Assembly: GCA_010015585.1 (NCBI GenBank)
Contig: ML975154.1
Origin: Eremomyces bilateralis CBS 781.70
Taxonomy: Eukaryota
Direction: 5' to 3' (one strand)
Length of the DNA: 62,200 nt
The notes beneath the pieces are model-generated. The model had not been told where the DNA came from, made no database searches, and was given only the letters and a program-made list of their open reading frames with translations. The first letter of the stretch is position 1, and each line of letters begins with the position of its first letter. The position numbers and the translations under genes were made by a program. Shown in pieces: positions 38,827-51,188 of this stretch.

Positions 38827-40614
38827 CTAGCGTCTCTCCACGGTGGCGTTCGAGGGCACACCCAGGCTGTCGATACGACCGAGCATGTATTCCATCATTC
38901 GATACGCGGCACTTGGAGCGAACTATTTATCCGCATTAGCGATTCGATGCATCTCAGAGAATGCTGGATTCAAAAAACTCGCCTGCGGAATCATGTGGCC
39001 ACTCAAGGATATCTCTACCCAAGTCAACCCTCGCTCCGTCCTCGTGTTCCCCACCGTCCCCGTCGAAGCCAACCCAGGGACATAGTCGTAATTCTGATTC
39101 CAGTACGTGTCCGGAACGTAGACGGGGTCCGACGGACGCTTGGTGAAACCCTGGACGCCGTTCCAGGTCATGTTTTGGATGGTCATCAACGTGCCGTTCG
39201 TGAGCAGGACATAGTCGAGGTTCCCGTGGACGATCATGGTGCGGTTGGTCTTTTCGATCACCCGGGGCAGGACGCTGATGCCGCTGGGGTCCGAGGTGTC
39301 GATGTCGAGCACACCGTCTGAACATTCTTCCCATAGGCCGATGGGCGCGTTGATGGCTTTTTGGACCTCTGTTGCGAGGTTAGTCGGCGCCAACATCAGT
39401 GCCTAGGAATATCCCTACCTTCCCGATTGAAGAAAATCTCCGTGCCTGGGGGGGTGTACGCGAAGCTGCCAGGGAAGCCGAGAACATCCCATAGGACGGG
39501 GCACGTCGTTGAGATTTCATAGACGCTAAAACAGGGGTTGATCAGAGAGACCGCGGTGTAGATGTCACCCCAGAGGTCGCAACCGGGATCGTTGCCGGTT
39601 TGGGGCGGAAGATCCATCTTTCCGACGGGTGGGAAGGTAAAGTACTTGTTGAAGTAATCGGTATAGCCGCAGGACTCTGCGCGAGCATGAATGTCGGCCA
39701 TGAAAGTCTCGTTTAAGCTGAACAAGTGGGGCCAATGATCAACGAATGGTACGGCAGGAACTGGAGCAAGTCAGTGATTTACGCTGCTATATACGACTCG
39801 AAGCCATACTCTGAGTTGCAAAAACGTCATCTCCAATGACGGGACTGCGGAAAGTTAGTGTACGGGTTCAAAGTCTCTATTCTGCCACTCACTCGTAGAT
39901 CGTAATGCCTTGGACATCGAAGTACTTCTCATTCGTTTCGTTGAGCATGGCATCCGCGATATACGGAACATAGTATCCAGCATACGATTCTCCCACGACG
40001 TAGATATGCTTGTTATGGAGCTTGAACGTGTCCATGAAGTTCTTCCAGAATCCAAGGAACTGTTCCGCAACTTCTTCCTCTGAGGTGGCAGTGGGCGTAC
40101 CCTGAGAGAAGCCAGTGCCGACGGGTTGCTCCACAAAGACGATGTTAGTCAGATTCTTGAACGCCCACGGATTGTAGGACACGCCGGCGGTGCCCCATTG
40201 CCAGAGAAAGTGGCCGGACTCTTGGAGCAGACCTTCGAGGGAGCTGCAGCCCGGTCCGCCGTTCAGCCAAATCGTGACATCATCTTTCCCGACGGGATTG
40301 TCGGTTGGGAAGTACCAGAAGTAGAGCTGGCTCGCATTCTTAGACTCGGAGATTGGCATCAGTCCAGCGTAAGACTCTCCTATGTCGAAGGGGACATCGG
40401 GAATCTCCTTTCCGTTGACTTTGTACTTCCTCGCTCGGTCCGTCTGTTCAACATAGGGCTCTCTGGGGGCCAGCGGGGCTGTCCGTGGCTTGATGGGCTT
40501 AGGATGCGGTCGCTCCGGCAGCTTCTTCCTCGTCCCAATGTTCTTCGAGCTACGTGCAGCAACGTCGCTGAACAAGACTCCAAACAGCAGAAAGAGGGAG
40601 ATGAGATATCTCAT
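38827..40614 (-). CDS. Secreted serine carboxypeptidase, S10 family (CpdS/PepF-like), multi-exon; last intron is GC-AG
   Basis: Signal peptide, WLNGGPGCSS, EQPVGTGFS, GESYAG (catalytic Ser), HGNLDY and GHMIPQ|FAPSAAYR. Confidence 0.92.
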
Positions 40615-42061
40615 TGTGACCGTATGGATCTGAACACCTATGATTGATCTTCAGAGTGTTGCATAGATGGAAGTCGAAATCAGAGGAAGGGGCCAAAGAA
40701 TATCAAATCGGATTCAGGACCTCTGTGGTTTGAGAAAGCCGGTGGTACTCAAAGTGCCACTCCAGGCTAAAGCACCTGTAAATCACTGATGAGGCTCGAA
40801 ACGAATTGACAGAACTGAAAGAACTGAAGTAAACTGAGGTGTTAAACGGATACCTAAGATTCCATCCGCCTACCTGGAACTATATGGGATTCCTGCAAGG
40901 TGAACATCGACTGTGACTTGTGTTAGTCCCTTACGTCCATCCAGCATCCCCAATATTTTCGAACCAACATGCTGATCATTGAAGCAGACTCCACCGACGG
41001 GAAGCAAACAAGAACAAAGCTGCCCATGTTTACTATCATGCTAGGATGATTATCGGGATACTGGCGTAATATTGCATGTGGATAGTCAATGGGACCTCCC
41101 AAGATGGGGATAGTTGACGGCAGGGGGAAGACTAGCAGACGATAGACGGGGGCGCGCCGGCGTAGAGCTGCAACATCCTCCTGCTGATCGGCATGATGAG
41201 ATACGTTCTAGGTAGGACGCAAGGAAACTTAGCAAAGATTGAAGGGCTGAAGGTCACGATGGCATTGACGAATACGAAGTGCTGGATTCCTGGAGGCTGG
41301 AGATAAGAGACTTATCCAAACCTAAGGGCCAAGACTTAGGAGTTTGGAGAATGGAAGCTAAGCCTGTGGGAAGCAGACAAGCTTTGGCTCCCCCGCTTGA
41401 GGTCCCAGCATTGAGCATATTACTATATACTACGAAGTAGTATATACATAGGGCAGAGATAGATGGGTAGTTATGTAATTATGAACTACCTTACGGAATA
41501 CGAACCGTTCATAGTATGGTTGAATAAGTAGAGATATGGTTGTATGAAAGCTCCCAGATTTGGCTCTTTCCCTGTTAGAGGTATCCTTCTTCGACTTCCC
41601 CACCATGGTCGAATATGAAGGTAGTACGGGAGGTAAAGCAGCATATTGCGAAAGGAATGCCGTCGCGAATCAACTTAGGCAGGATTGGTTTCCATGTAGA
41701 ACTTGAAGTCCCTCGCTGACATATGAGCAAAGTGCTGTCGCAAGCGGCCTGAAATTTTTCCAGGTCTTCAACTATGCTTATGCCTTATGATGCTTCATGA
41801 TGCTTCGAATCAGCTGCAGGAGATGAGCGACCGCGAGAAAAACGCGTCAAGACTTGCAATTCGACGCCACGCGACAACAATTGGGGTATATCGCAATTAA
41901 CGATTTCCTACAGACTGTGCGCTGGGCTGGTTGACTCGGGAGTCCCTTTTCCCATCCGTTCCTATCTCACATGAAGCTGGCATAGCAAACTATGCCCAAT
42001 CGTTCAGGCAGACTCTAGCTTGCCCATCTCAAAAACCGGCCTGGTGTTTCTCTAACGCTCT

Positions 42062-45000
42062 TCATACTGGCTTTTCCCCGTGCTTTTGCTCTACCACCTG
42101 CAAGTCATGGCATGGGTGCATGTCCTCGGCAGTAACATTACACATAAGACACAAATCGAAGTCGTTGCATACAGTACAGTGAAAGCGGGGACCATATATA
42201 TCCTGCCTTGCAGTTAGAAGAGTCTTCTGGTTCCTGACTGGACTTACATGGAAACAGCAGTTACACCAAAAGGAATCATCACCACGAACACCTTTCGTCG
42301 CCATTGCTAATGTCGAATTAGAACTGGACTGCGCAATGAGAGACGAAGATTCGGTTGTTCCCAACACTGCGGACAGTGACGCTTCCGTCCCAGGTTCAAA
42401 ATTGGGGTTCCTGTGGAACAGAGCCATAGAAACCGGGCTCCATATTCCTGGAGGGCGTACGGTATGAACCAATGTTTCATAACCACCATTCTTAATCAGA
42501 AGCTTGACGACATCCAGGTCGCCGGTTCTGCAGGCCCAATGCAATGGGCTCCATTTGTTTGCATCCGGAACCTTGATGGGATCGAGTTCCAACACCCTCT
42601 GGATGACCTCTATCGAACCACTAGAACAAGCATAGTAGATTGTGCTATTGCCCGCGAGGTCAACATCGCTGCAACGGAGCCCTTGGCCTAGCAGATAATT
42701 TACGCAGTGGACGTTCCCACCGCGAGCCGCCACATGAATCGGCGTGCGTCCCATTCGATCCCTAATGGTGATATCAGCCCCGTAGGTTTCCACTAGAGTC
42801 TGAAGCACTGTAAGATAGCCTTTAAATGCTGCAGCGTGTACAGCGGTACCATAATTATCGCAAGTGGCGTTGATATCGAGAAGGGGCTGGAGCGAAGAGT
42901 CGATAGGCGGAACTTTTTGGCCAGCTAGAGATCGGCCTGATGAATTGCGCGGTACAGTCTCCGGTGGGACCGTGGAACGATGTCTGATACCGAAGAGAAG
43001 GTTCACAATTTGGATATTCCCAGAAAGCGCTGAAGAATGTAATAGACTCTGTCGATTTTTGGTTAGAGTATTCGCTTCCGCTCCGCGGTCGAGCAGCAGC
43101 CGGACCACTTCGATGTGGCCGCTATCAGCTGCTGCGTTTATAGGCGTCCATCCGTCCTTGTTTGGAGTGTTGGCATCTGCTCCGCGGTCGAGCAGCAGAC
43201 GGACCACTTCGATGTGACCACGGTTCGCGGCTGAGTTCACAGGCGTCCATCCGTTACTGTTTGGNNNNNNNNNNCGCGGCTGAGTTCACAGGCGTCCATC
43301 CGTTACTGTTTGGAGCATTGGCATCTGCTCCGCGGTCGAGCAGCAGACGGACCACTTCGATGTGACCACTGTTCGCGGCTATGTTTACAGGCATCCATCC
43401 ATCGTTGTTTGGAGTATTGGCGTCTGCTTTGCGGTCGAGCAGCAGCCGGACCACTTCGATGTGACCACGGTTCGCGGCTAAGTTTACAGGCGTCCATCCG
43501 TTACTGTTTGGAGCATTGGCATCTGCTCCNNNNNNNNNNTTCGATGTGACCACGGTTCGCGGCTAAGTTTACAGGCGTCCATCCGTTACTGTTTGGAGCA
43601 TTGGCATCTGCTCCGCGGTCGAGCAGCAGCCGGACTACATCGATGTGGCCGCTATTAGCTGCTGCGTTTATAGGCGTCCATCCGTCCTTGTTTGGAGTGC
43701 TGGCGTCTGCTCCGCGGTCGAGCAGCAGACGGACCACTTCGATGTGACCACTGTTCGCGGCTAAGTTTACAGGCATCCATCCATCGTTGTTTGGAGTATT
43801 GGCGTCTGCTTCGCGGTCGAGCAGCAGCCGGACCACTTCGATGTGACCATGGTTCGCGGCTAATTTTACAGGCGTCCATCCGTTACTGTCTGGAGCATTG
43901 GCATCTGCTCCGCGGTCGAGCAGCAGCCGGACCACTTCGATGTGGCCGCTATCGGCTGCTGCGTTTATAGGCGTCCATCCGTCGCTGTTTGGAATATTGG
44001 CGTCTACTCCTCGGTCAAGCAGTAGCCGGACTACGTCGATGTGGCCGCTATCAGCTGCTGCATTTATAGACATCCATCCGTCGTTGTTTGGAGTATTGGC
44101 GTCTGCTCCACGGTCGAGCAGCAGCCGGACCACTTCGATGTGGCCGCTACCAGCTGCTGCATTCATTGCTGTGACCCCGTACTTGTTTGTAGTTCCGATC
44201 TCCGATCCTGCCACCAACAGAAAACTGACGACGTCCTTGAAACCTTTCTTCGCTGCTGTATAGAGCGCTGTCCGTCCCATAGAGTCTTTGAGTTCGAGCT
44301 TGGCGCCGTTGCTGGTTAAGGCTATGACCATATCCTCGAAACCTCCAGCTGCAGCAGCAACAAGAGCCGCACCAAACTCGCCTCCTTCAACATTCACGTC
44401 TGCACCCCATCTCATCAGCATCTCGAATGCCTTGTTGTTGTGCTTTGCGCAAGCCGCCTGTAGAGGGGTGCCATATCGACCACCCAAAACATTCAGTTGC
44501 GTCTTATCTTGGTTCCAGATGGATTCCAGTGTCATAAGAAGATTGAATAACGTGGCATAGTATATTGGGGTTCCAGCTACTTTCTCTTCGCCATCCTCAG
44601 CATTTCGGCAAGACTCAAAGTACTTTGCCCACCTGCTGAACTTCGAATTTCCAGTATGTAAGAAGTCGGTCACGATCCGTGACGCCCAAGGATCCTCTTT
44701 TACTACGTTTTCAAGGTGCAGTTGCCAAAACCTTGAAGCATAGTCAAGAAATGAATATCCACTGACATAGCTTTGATTATTATCTGAATCATTCCAGATG
44801 TTGTTGTAATTCAAATATGTCAGGCAAACGGCCGAAAGATAACGATGCTGATCAGCCGGATTTGCTGCGCACTCAGTTGTGGATGCTTCATCTGAGAGCA
44901 TTTGCCGATGCTTTGGCAGAACCGATAGGAGAAACTCTCTGACTGATGGATGAACGAGGTGGATGGTTTTGGAGGCGGACTGATCCTCGGAATTTGCTCT

Positions 45001-47290
45001 CCTGACTTCCACCAAAGAGCCGCAGATGGCTATAATCTCGTTTTCGATATACTTCTCGTCGATGTCGTCGGGGAGTTCATCTAACGGTAAACTGCTACAC
45101 TTGGCGTAAGTGTTAACAGCTAGGACTTCCGAAATCTCGGATACGGACAGTGGCCGTAAGGAAAATGTTGTCCAGCGCAAGATTGCAAATGCACGGTCTT
45201 GGTCATCTGCGGGCTGACGTTTGATGTCTTCCCAGTTCTTCTTGTACGTTTCAGTAAGTCCAATTGGCATGTTCTCAACGATATTTTCTAGTTTCGTCTT
45301 GCTTTTAGTGTCGCGCAGCTGTGGCTGCTGCATCTTGATCCACTGGAACATTCCCTCACATTTCTGAGTGAGTTTATCTGCCAGCCTCACTCGAAGGTTC
45401 TCATCCTTTCTTGGTAGCGTTTTATCCACCACAGATCTGGAGTAGAGTTTGAGATCGTCGTCGACATCTTTCTTCGTAATCTTGTATTTAAGAATGACTT
45501 GCTCTGATGATTTGACCGTTGACAACTCTACTTTAATATCAGTTTCTTCCCGGCTGGTTATGAGAATTCTCGTTGCGGTGCCGGCAGCCACGCTCTTGAG
45601 CTTTTGCAAGAAACTGACACGAGCGTCGTCTGTTTTGGAGTACTCGTCGAGCCCGTCAAGGAAAAGAGCGACACCCTGCTTCTGTGCCAGGACAGCTTCA
45701 AAAGCAGACCAGACCTCAGAGTCCAACGCTCTGGCTCCAACATCAGAGCGCTTGGCGTAGCCCCAGATCAGTTCGAGGGTGTCAGGATCTGGAGCTGCTA
45801 ACTGTGCCATCCAAGACCGAATGATGAAGCTCATATCGCCTGTCGGAGCTGATGCGGTGTGAAGTGAGGAGAAGAAGAAAGCCACCAACCACTCATGCTT
45901 AGCCTTAAAACGTTCAAGTATTTTGGCGCAAAGGACGGTTTTGCCAAACCCAGCAGGCCCACATACCCACAGTAGTCTAGGTGCATCGCTGCCGGAATCA
46001 TCAGAATCCCAGGCAAGGTATTCAGGTTTGTGAAAGATCCAGTTGCATGTGCCATGAAGGTACAATGACAACTGCTTATCATATTGCTGATGCATGTTGT
46101 ATAGTCGGTTGAAGTTTGTCATATCCAGCCAGTCGATGGTAGCCGCCATCGCTTGCTCCCTGGCTTTACGTCGCGCATTATCAAAGTACAATTGGATACT
46201 GCGCTGGAAGTTTGGGGACGCGGATCGGCCTCGTGTAGGTTGGTCTATTGAAAAGGTCATGAGCGTCATTTTCAGTACATCGCGGACTCTACATACCACC
46301 AGCGGGATTTATCAAGATTGTGCCTGGTCGGATGGGGTATGGCCCAATGTTGATTAGCTCTGCGATGTTATAGGATGCGTGGACTCCAGACTCCCTCCTG
46401 CCAATCAGTGCCGTCGGCGTATCCCAAGGCAGCGTTCCATTATCGATAACCTCTGCATCGCGATCAGAAGGAGCGGTCATTAATTCGCTGTAGGCAGGGC
46501 CCCATTGATGCGTAGAAGCGAAATTGGCCTGTAAGTTGAGCTGAGTATTGCTTGTGCGTTTGTAGATCTTCTCCTTCAGCCGACGCAATGCATGTTCAGC
46601 TCCTTCCCCATAATGAGGCGACATGAATATGTTGAATATGCCCAATAAAGAGTAAGCCTTGTCCTCTTCGCGCTTGGTCTCGCGGTTATCGGCCCACGAA
46701 AAGCGCTCATCGATGCTGAACTCGGAAAGACCATGCCCTTGTAGAGCTTCGATTTTGATCTTTGTTATCTCGTGAAGTTGGCGTTCCAATGACTGCTTGT
46801 CACCGAGGTGTTGCCCTTCTGAGGAGAAGAATTCGACCGACGTCGGTGCAATGAGCTCTTGGAGCGTCCAACCACGAGTAAACCATCTGCTTCTCCGAAA
46901 GGCAGGTTCCCAGAAGGATTGATCCATTTGGTCATAAGTATTCATCGAGACGTCTTCCAGATACACGTAACACTTGATCGCATTACGGTACCAGTGAAAC
47001 ATGGATGTAATAGCCTCTGAAAGCTCTGCAGAGCTCGATTTATCAATACAGCAAGTATCCACCCAGATGTGCTGGAGGCCATCGCGAATGGCTTGCTTAG
47101 CACAGAACCGAATCTTACTGTATCCAACCTTTGCCTGCCCAAGGCCTTCGGTCATATCTCCAAAGGTGACTTCCTCCTCCTCATCATCATCTCTCCAGGT
47201 GTGCGAAAGTATCGCATATCTGGGGATATTCCTATGCAGATCTTTGGTCAGGCTGAACTCGCCACTTTCCGAAACTCTTAAGAGACGCAT
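42062..47290 (-). CDS. Fungal NLR: HET effector - NACHT - ankyrin array - ZZ-type zinc finger; two introns and two 10-N gaps
   Basis: HET motifs YAILSHTW, WVDTCCIDK and WFTRGWTLQEL. NACHT motifs GTCNWI, GPAGFGKT, FLDGLDE and ITSR. Many ankyrin repeats follow. The C-terminus reads CNCCFH|DIYGPRFHCTVCNDFDLCLMC…HP.H. Confidence 0.9.
43065..44170 (-). repeat. Array of about 11-12 near-identical 99-bp ankyrin-coding repeats
   Basis: Recurrent GHI[E/D]VVRLLLDR.ADAN.PN..GW unit with near DNA identity. Assembly gaps fall inside the array. Confidence 0.92.
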
Positions 47291-48199
47291 TACGAAGATT
47301 GAAAGCGAACACTGAGAGTTTATAGAGAAAAACGTTCAAATTTTCAAAAAGAATATCCTATGCAAAATTGTCCTGATTGACAATGCATCGTAAGGGTCGA
47401 GATTAGGGAAGTTGAGAATCTGTGAGTTGAGAAGTGGGGCCTCCTTCAGAAATCAGTGAGGGGCATGACCGCATGAGGCTCCCCGATTTATTAATATCTC
47501 GATGCCTACGGAGTATCCGTGCCCTTGGACCCACCCACCACCTCAGTACGGGCCCTACGGGGGCAGTGCTCTGAGAAGCAAAGCAAAGCTGTGGCTGAGT
47601 TTCAAACTTGCACGTGCACGGAATTTACACAGAGAGATATTGGGACGGAGATGCCCTACGTACCTGCCTATAGCCCGGCCATTATCGAGGGCCTCAGTTT
47701 TGCCGATCAGCGACATGAGAGGATATTCGAAGCGCACCCTTAGGAAGGCCGTGATACATACCTCAGGTGCAGCAGCAGAAGACGTGCACTGCGCTGTCGT
47801 GTCGAACTGTCGATTACCGGTAGTCAAGACACGCTCACTTTACTGGTGTTTGCAGAATGAAACCATTTCTAACTATATACTTAGATTATTCTTAAATATT
47901 GCCGCCGCATTATCCGCCTTTTAAAGTACTGATTTGAATTGCAAATAATTCTGCACGCCCGCGAAGTCCAACTGTACGCGTCCACGTCACCGCGGGTGGA
48001 AACATTGATGGAGAAGAGTTCTCTATTGATGGCTAAGTACAGTGGCGATGAGAGAGACGCACGCGTCGCGCGTGCAGGTCGCAGGTGTTGAGCGTAGTAT
48101 CGCCATACCACCAACACCAGCACGACTGTGTCTACTGCCTCCGCTTAGACACGGTGTCCTTTCATCAAGGGAGGCCTCTTGAGGGATACAAAGGGATAC

Positions 48200-49935
48200 G
48201 AAAACCATCCGATAGGGGTCTATCTAGCTCGCAGCTGGATCCGGAAGCCTAACTTATCATTAGGTGGATGAGGACGCGTCCTAGGCCTCTAACAGGACAC
48301 CCTCAGGCTCGCCTACTCTGGGGTTACGCGTGAGCAACGAGCTGCGCGTAGCGAGGCCTTGGAACAATCCTAATTCTAAAGAACTTGTTAAGGCTAACTT
48401 GTATAAATCTAGGCGAACTCTGTTAAGGCCGGAGGGCCTCTTCGCAACGGGAGCGCTTGTTAAGGCCCCTCTATCGGAACCTGTTAATACCACAACGACA
48501 CGAGCTTACCGGGCGTAACAAGCACGACAGCTTACGGAACTGGAGTCACAGGCCAGTCGATAGAGGAGAAACACAGGTATGCTCCTGGTGGAGGCTTGAT
48601 GGAGACACAGACCCGTCGCGTGGATCTATACAATGGGAGAATCACGGGCCAACTTAAGATGATGGAGGACACGAGCTTGGTTAGTAGGATAAGGCTGCTT
48701 GCGTTGCCCGGAGCGGAACGAATGCGTACTGCCTTATCCTGCAAGACACGGTCGGCCAATCAGAGGGAGACCTCTATGGGCAACGCGAAACGGCTACTGT
48801 TTACAGTAGTCGCGGGGCGTAGTGCGTGGTAGCCACTGCTGGCTCCAAGGACCTCATCCCTTCAATGGGCTCTGACCCTTGGTGAATCTGAAAGCAGACG
48901 GGATCAAACCCCGGCCGGAGAGACTACCATGTGGCTCGAGAGAACGGATGCGCGTGTCGGTATACAGAGAGACAGGACCAGTCGCTAGGCTGGAACGCTG
49001 ATGATGTATGCTTAAGGAGCATACAGGCGTTACACAGGCAGAGACCCTTTTGGTTCGGGGGCGACTGTGGACGAGCGAAGTGCAGATGGCACAGCTCAGA
49101 AAACTGTGGCAGGAGTCTGGATAGGCAGACTGGTGAAACCTGCGATTGTATACAAACACAATATAATGTCCTGTCCCCCGGCCCGAACCAGTTAGGGGAT
49201 ATCAGACACAACAGCGAAAAGGCCCGCACCGGATGATTCAGGACGAGTATCGAGCGAAATGGAGGGAGAGATGGCAAGCCGAAGCGGCCAGACCAGGAAG
49301 GAGAGCAAGGACATGGAAGGACCCGTGGGAAACCCAGTGCCTTAACCGGTTCAATGGCCTTCAGAAACACGAGGCCTCGGCGCTTATGGCACTACGGACT
49401 GAGGTAGTTGGAGTTAAAGGATGGCCTGCGAAAATCGGTGTCCCGGGAATCCACCCAGCGTGTGAGTGCGGTGCCCCCCGACAGTCTCTCTACCATCTCC
49501 TTGCGTTTTGCCCGCAGCGGACCTACCAGAGGATCGCGCTCCTCCAACGAGCTGGAACAACGGACTTTAAGAGGATATTGCATGACAGGGACAAGGTGCG
49601 CCACGCAGCAAGGTGGCTGATCGATGCGGGAGGCCTAGAGCAATACCGGGTGGCCAAGGAAGTTGAGAAGGAAGTAATAGAGGACTGGAAACCGTTCCAG
49701 CTCCTCCACGACGTGCCAGAATAAGCTCTCCGCGTCGGCGGAAACACCGACCCGTGCGGAAAGATGAACAATGATTGAGATACTCTACTAAGGGGAGGAG
49801 GCGGGATTTTACGTACCTGCAGCCTCGGCTGGGGGGAAACTTTTGCCCGCGACAGACCAGATAGAATATCGTGCTCATAGACCCGAAAGGGATCCAGATA
49901 GTACGTTAAATTGATTCTTATTATTAATAATCTAA
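48200..49935 (+). mobile_element. Degenerate non-LTR retrotransposon (Tad1-like LINE) relic; 5' limit uncertain
   Basis: 49233-49724 encodes a LINE ORF2-type C-terminus (W…W, LRT, CECG…QSLYHLLAFCP, AARWLI..G.L.QY). There is a possible RT 'ADD' remnant near 48995 and an AT-rich 3' tail. Confidence 0.65.
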
Positions 49936-50057
49936 TAAGCAACTGTATTGCTACTCGCGTGATAAAGTACTTCGCTGGTCTCACCTTGTGTGCGCTGACA
50001 TAAATACTCCTGAAAGTAAGAATAGAATGAGTCGGAGAATATCTGAAGACAAGGTCT

Positions 50058-51188
50058 CTAGTTTCGGGACTGTGATTGAAATAGCGGTACTATCGTTTCG
50101 AAATCGAGGTTCGCCTCAGGATGCTCTTTTTTAACATGCTGTACCAACGATTTCTTTGAAAAGTATCCACCAACTCGACTACATCCATTAATAGGACAAG
50201 GGTATGGAGACTCGTCATGTATATGCCTCATATGCCTGGCATATTCTGAAGAAGTATTGAATGCATGCCCTTTAAAGTCTGGATGGAGTCGATCTAGGCG
50301 GAATTCCTTACAATCCATATGATGGCAGGAATATCCTACACTAGTGACGCCAATCCCATGGAAACTGCGTAAATGTGACTCTAGATGGTCTTTCCGCTTG
50401 AAGGCGTTTACGCCACTGTAACGGTTGCAGTGAAGGCATGGAAAGCGAGGCGCATCACTCCTATGATCGAGCAGGTGTCGAGACAGAGTGTCTATCCGAG
50501 CATAAGACTTCTGACACCCTTTAAAACCACATCGACAGATCTTGTGTGATGTTTCTTGGGCATGGATATTTGACAGGACTAAGGAGTCAAAGTTTTTCCT
50601 GCATTCAGAGCACGTTCTGCCACAGGAACTTGACTTCAGGTGTTCCAAGAATTCTGATGAGCTCTTGATATCGTTTTGGCAAATTGGACATATATAGATG
50701 TGTTCTCCGATGTTTTGGCTGAGTTAGGGTGTCAGAATCTACTACTGATAAATACCCTTCTAGTCCTGAACTTACCTTGACTCAATTCCTGTTGTACTAG
50801 GCGGGAAAACCTCAGCATCGCTATCATAGGCGGCATCACCAGGCTGAATATGAGATGCCGACGCCAGCGTCTTGCCGTCTGGCGAGAACGCCACGGCCCC
50901 GACGGTCTCCGAATGGCCCTTGAGCGTCTTCAGCGCCGCTCCCGGGAGGAATAACGATTCATGGCTGGTCCTCGGAATTTGTAAGATTGATGGATTACCA
51001 TACATCCATTCCGGTTGAGTCTGGCCTCGACCATTTTGAAATGAGTCTGACGACTGGGCCGGTCTGTAGTGGGTTGTTGTCTGGGGAGATTCATATTCTG
51101 GATTTGAGAGGTTCGTCCAGCTACCCGAAGGATTTGTGACAATATCAGACCGGATGAATCTCGGTAAACTGTTTTGCTCCGAGTTCAA
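50058..51188 (-). pseudogene. Out-of-frame continuation of the kinase gene: linker, one HET-E-type WD40 repeat, intron, about six C2H2 fingers
   Basis: TLKGHSETVGAVAFSPDGKTLASAS. A GTAAGT…CTAAC.CAG intron splices in frame to YICPIC…H, CSEC…H, CGFKGC…H, FPCLHC…H and YPCPINGC…H. Confidence 0.65.

Noticed and set aside
43065..44170. CRISPR-like or non-coding repeat array
   Set aside because: The units are contiguous in-frame 99-bp ankyrin codons with no unique spacers, in a eukaryotic gene.
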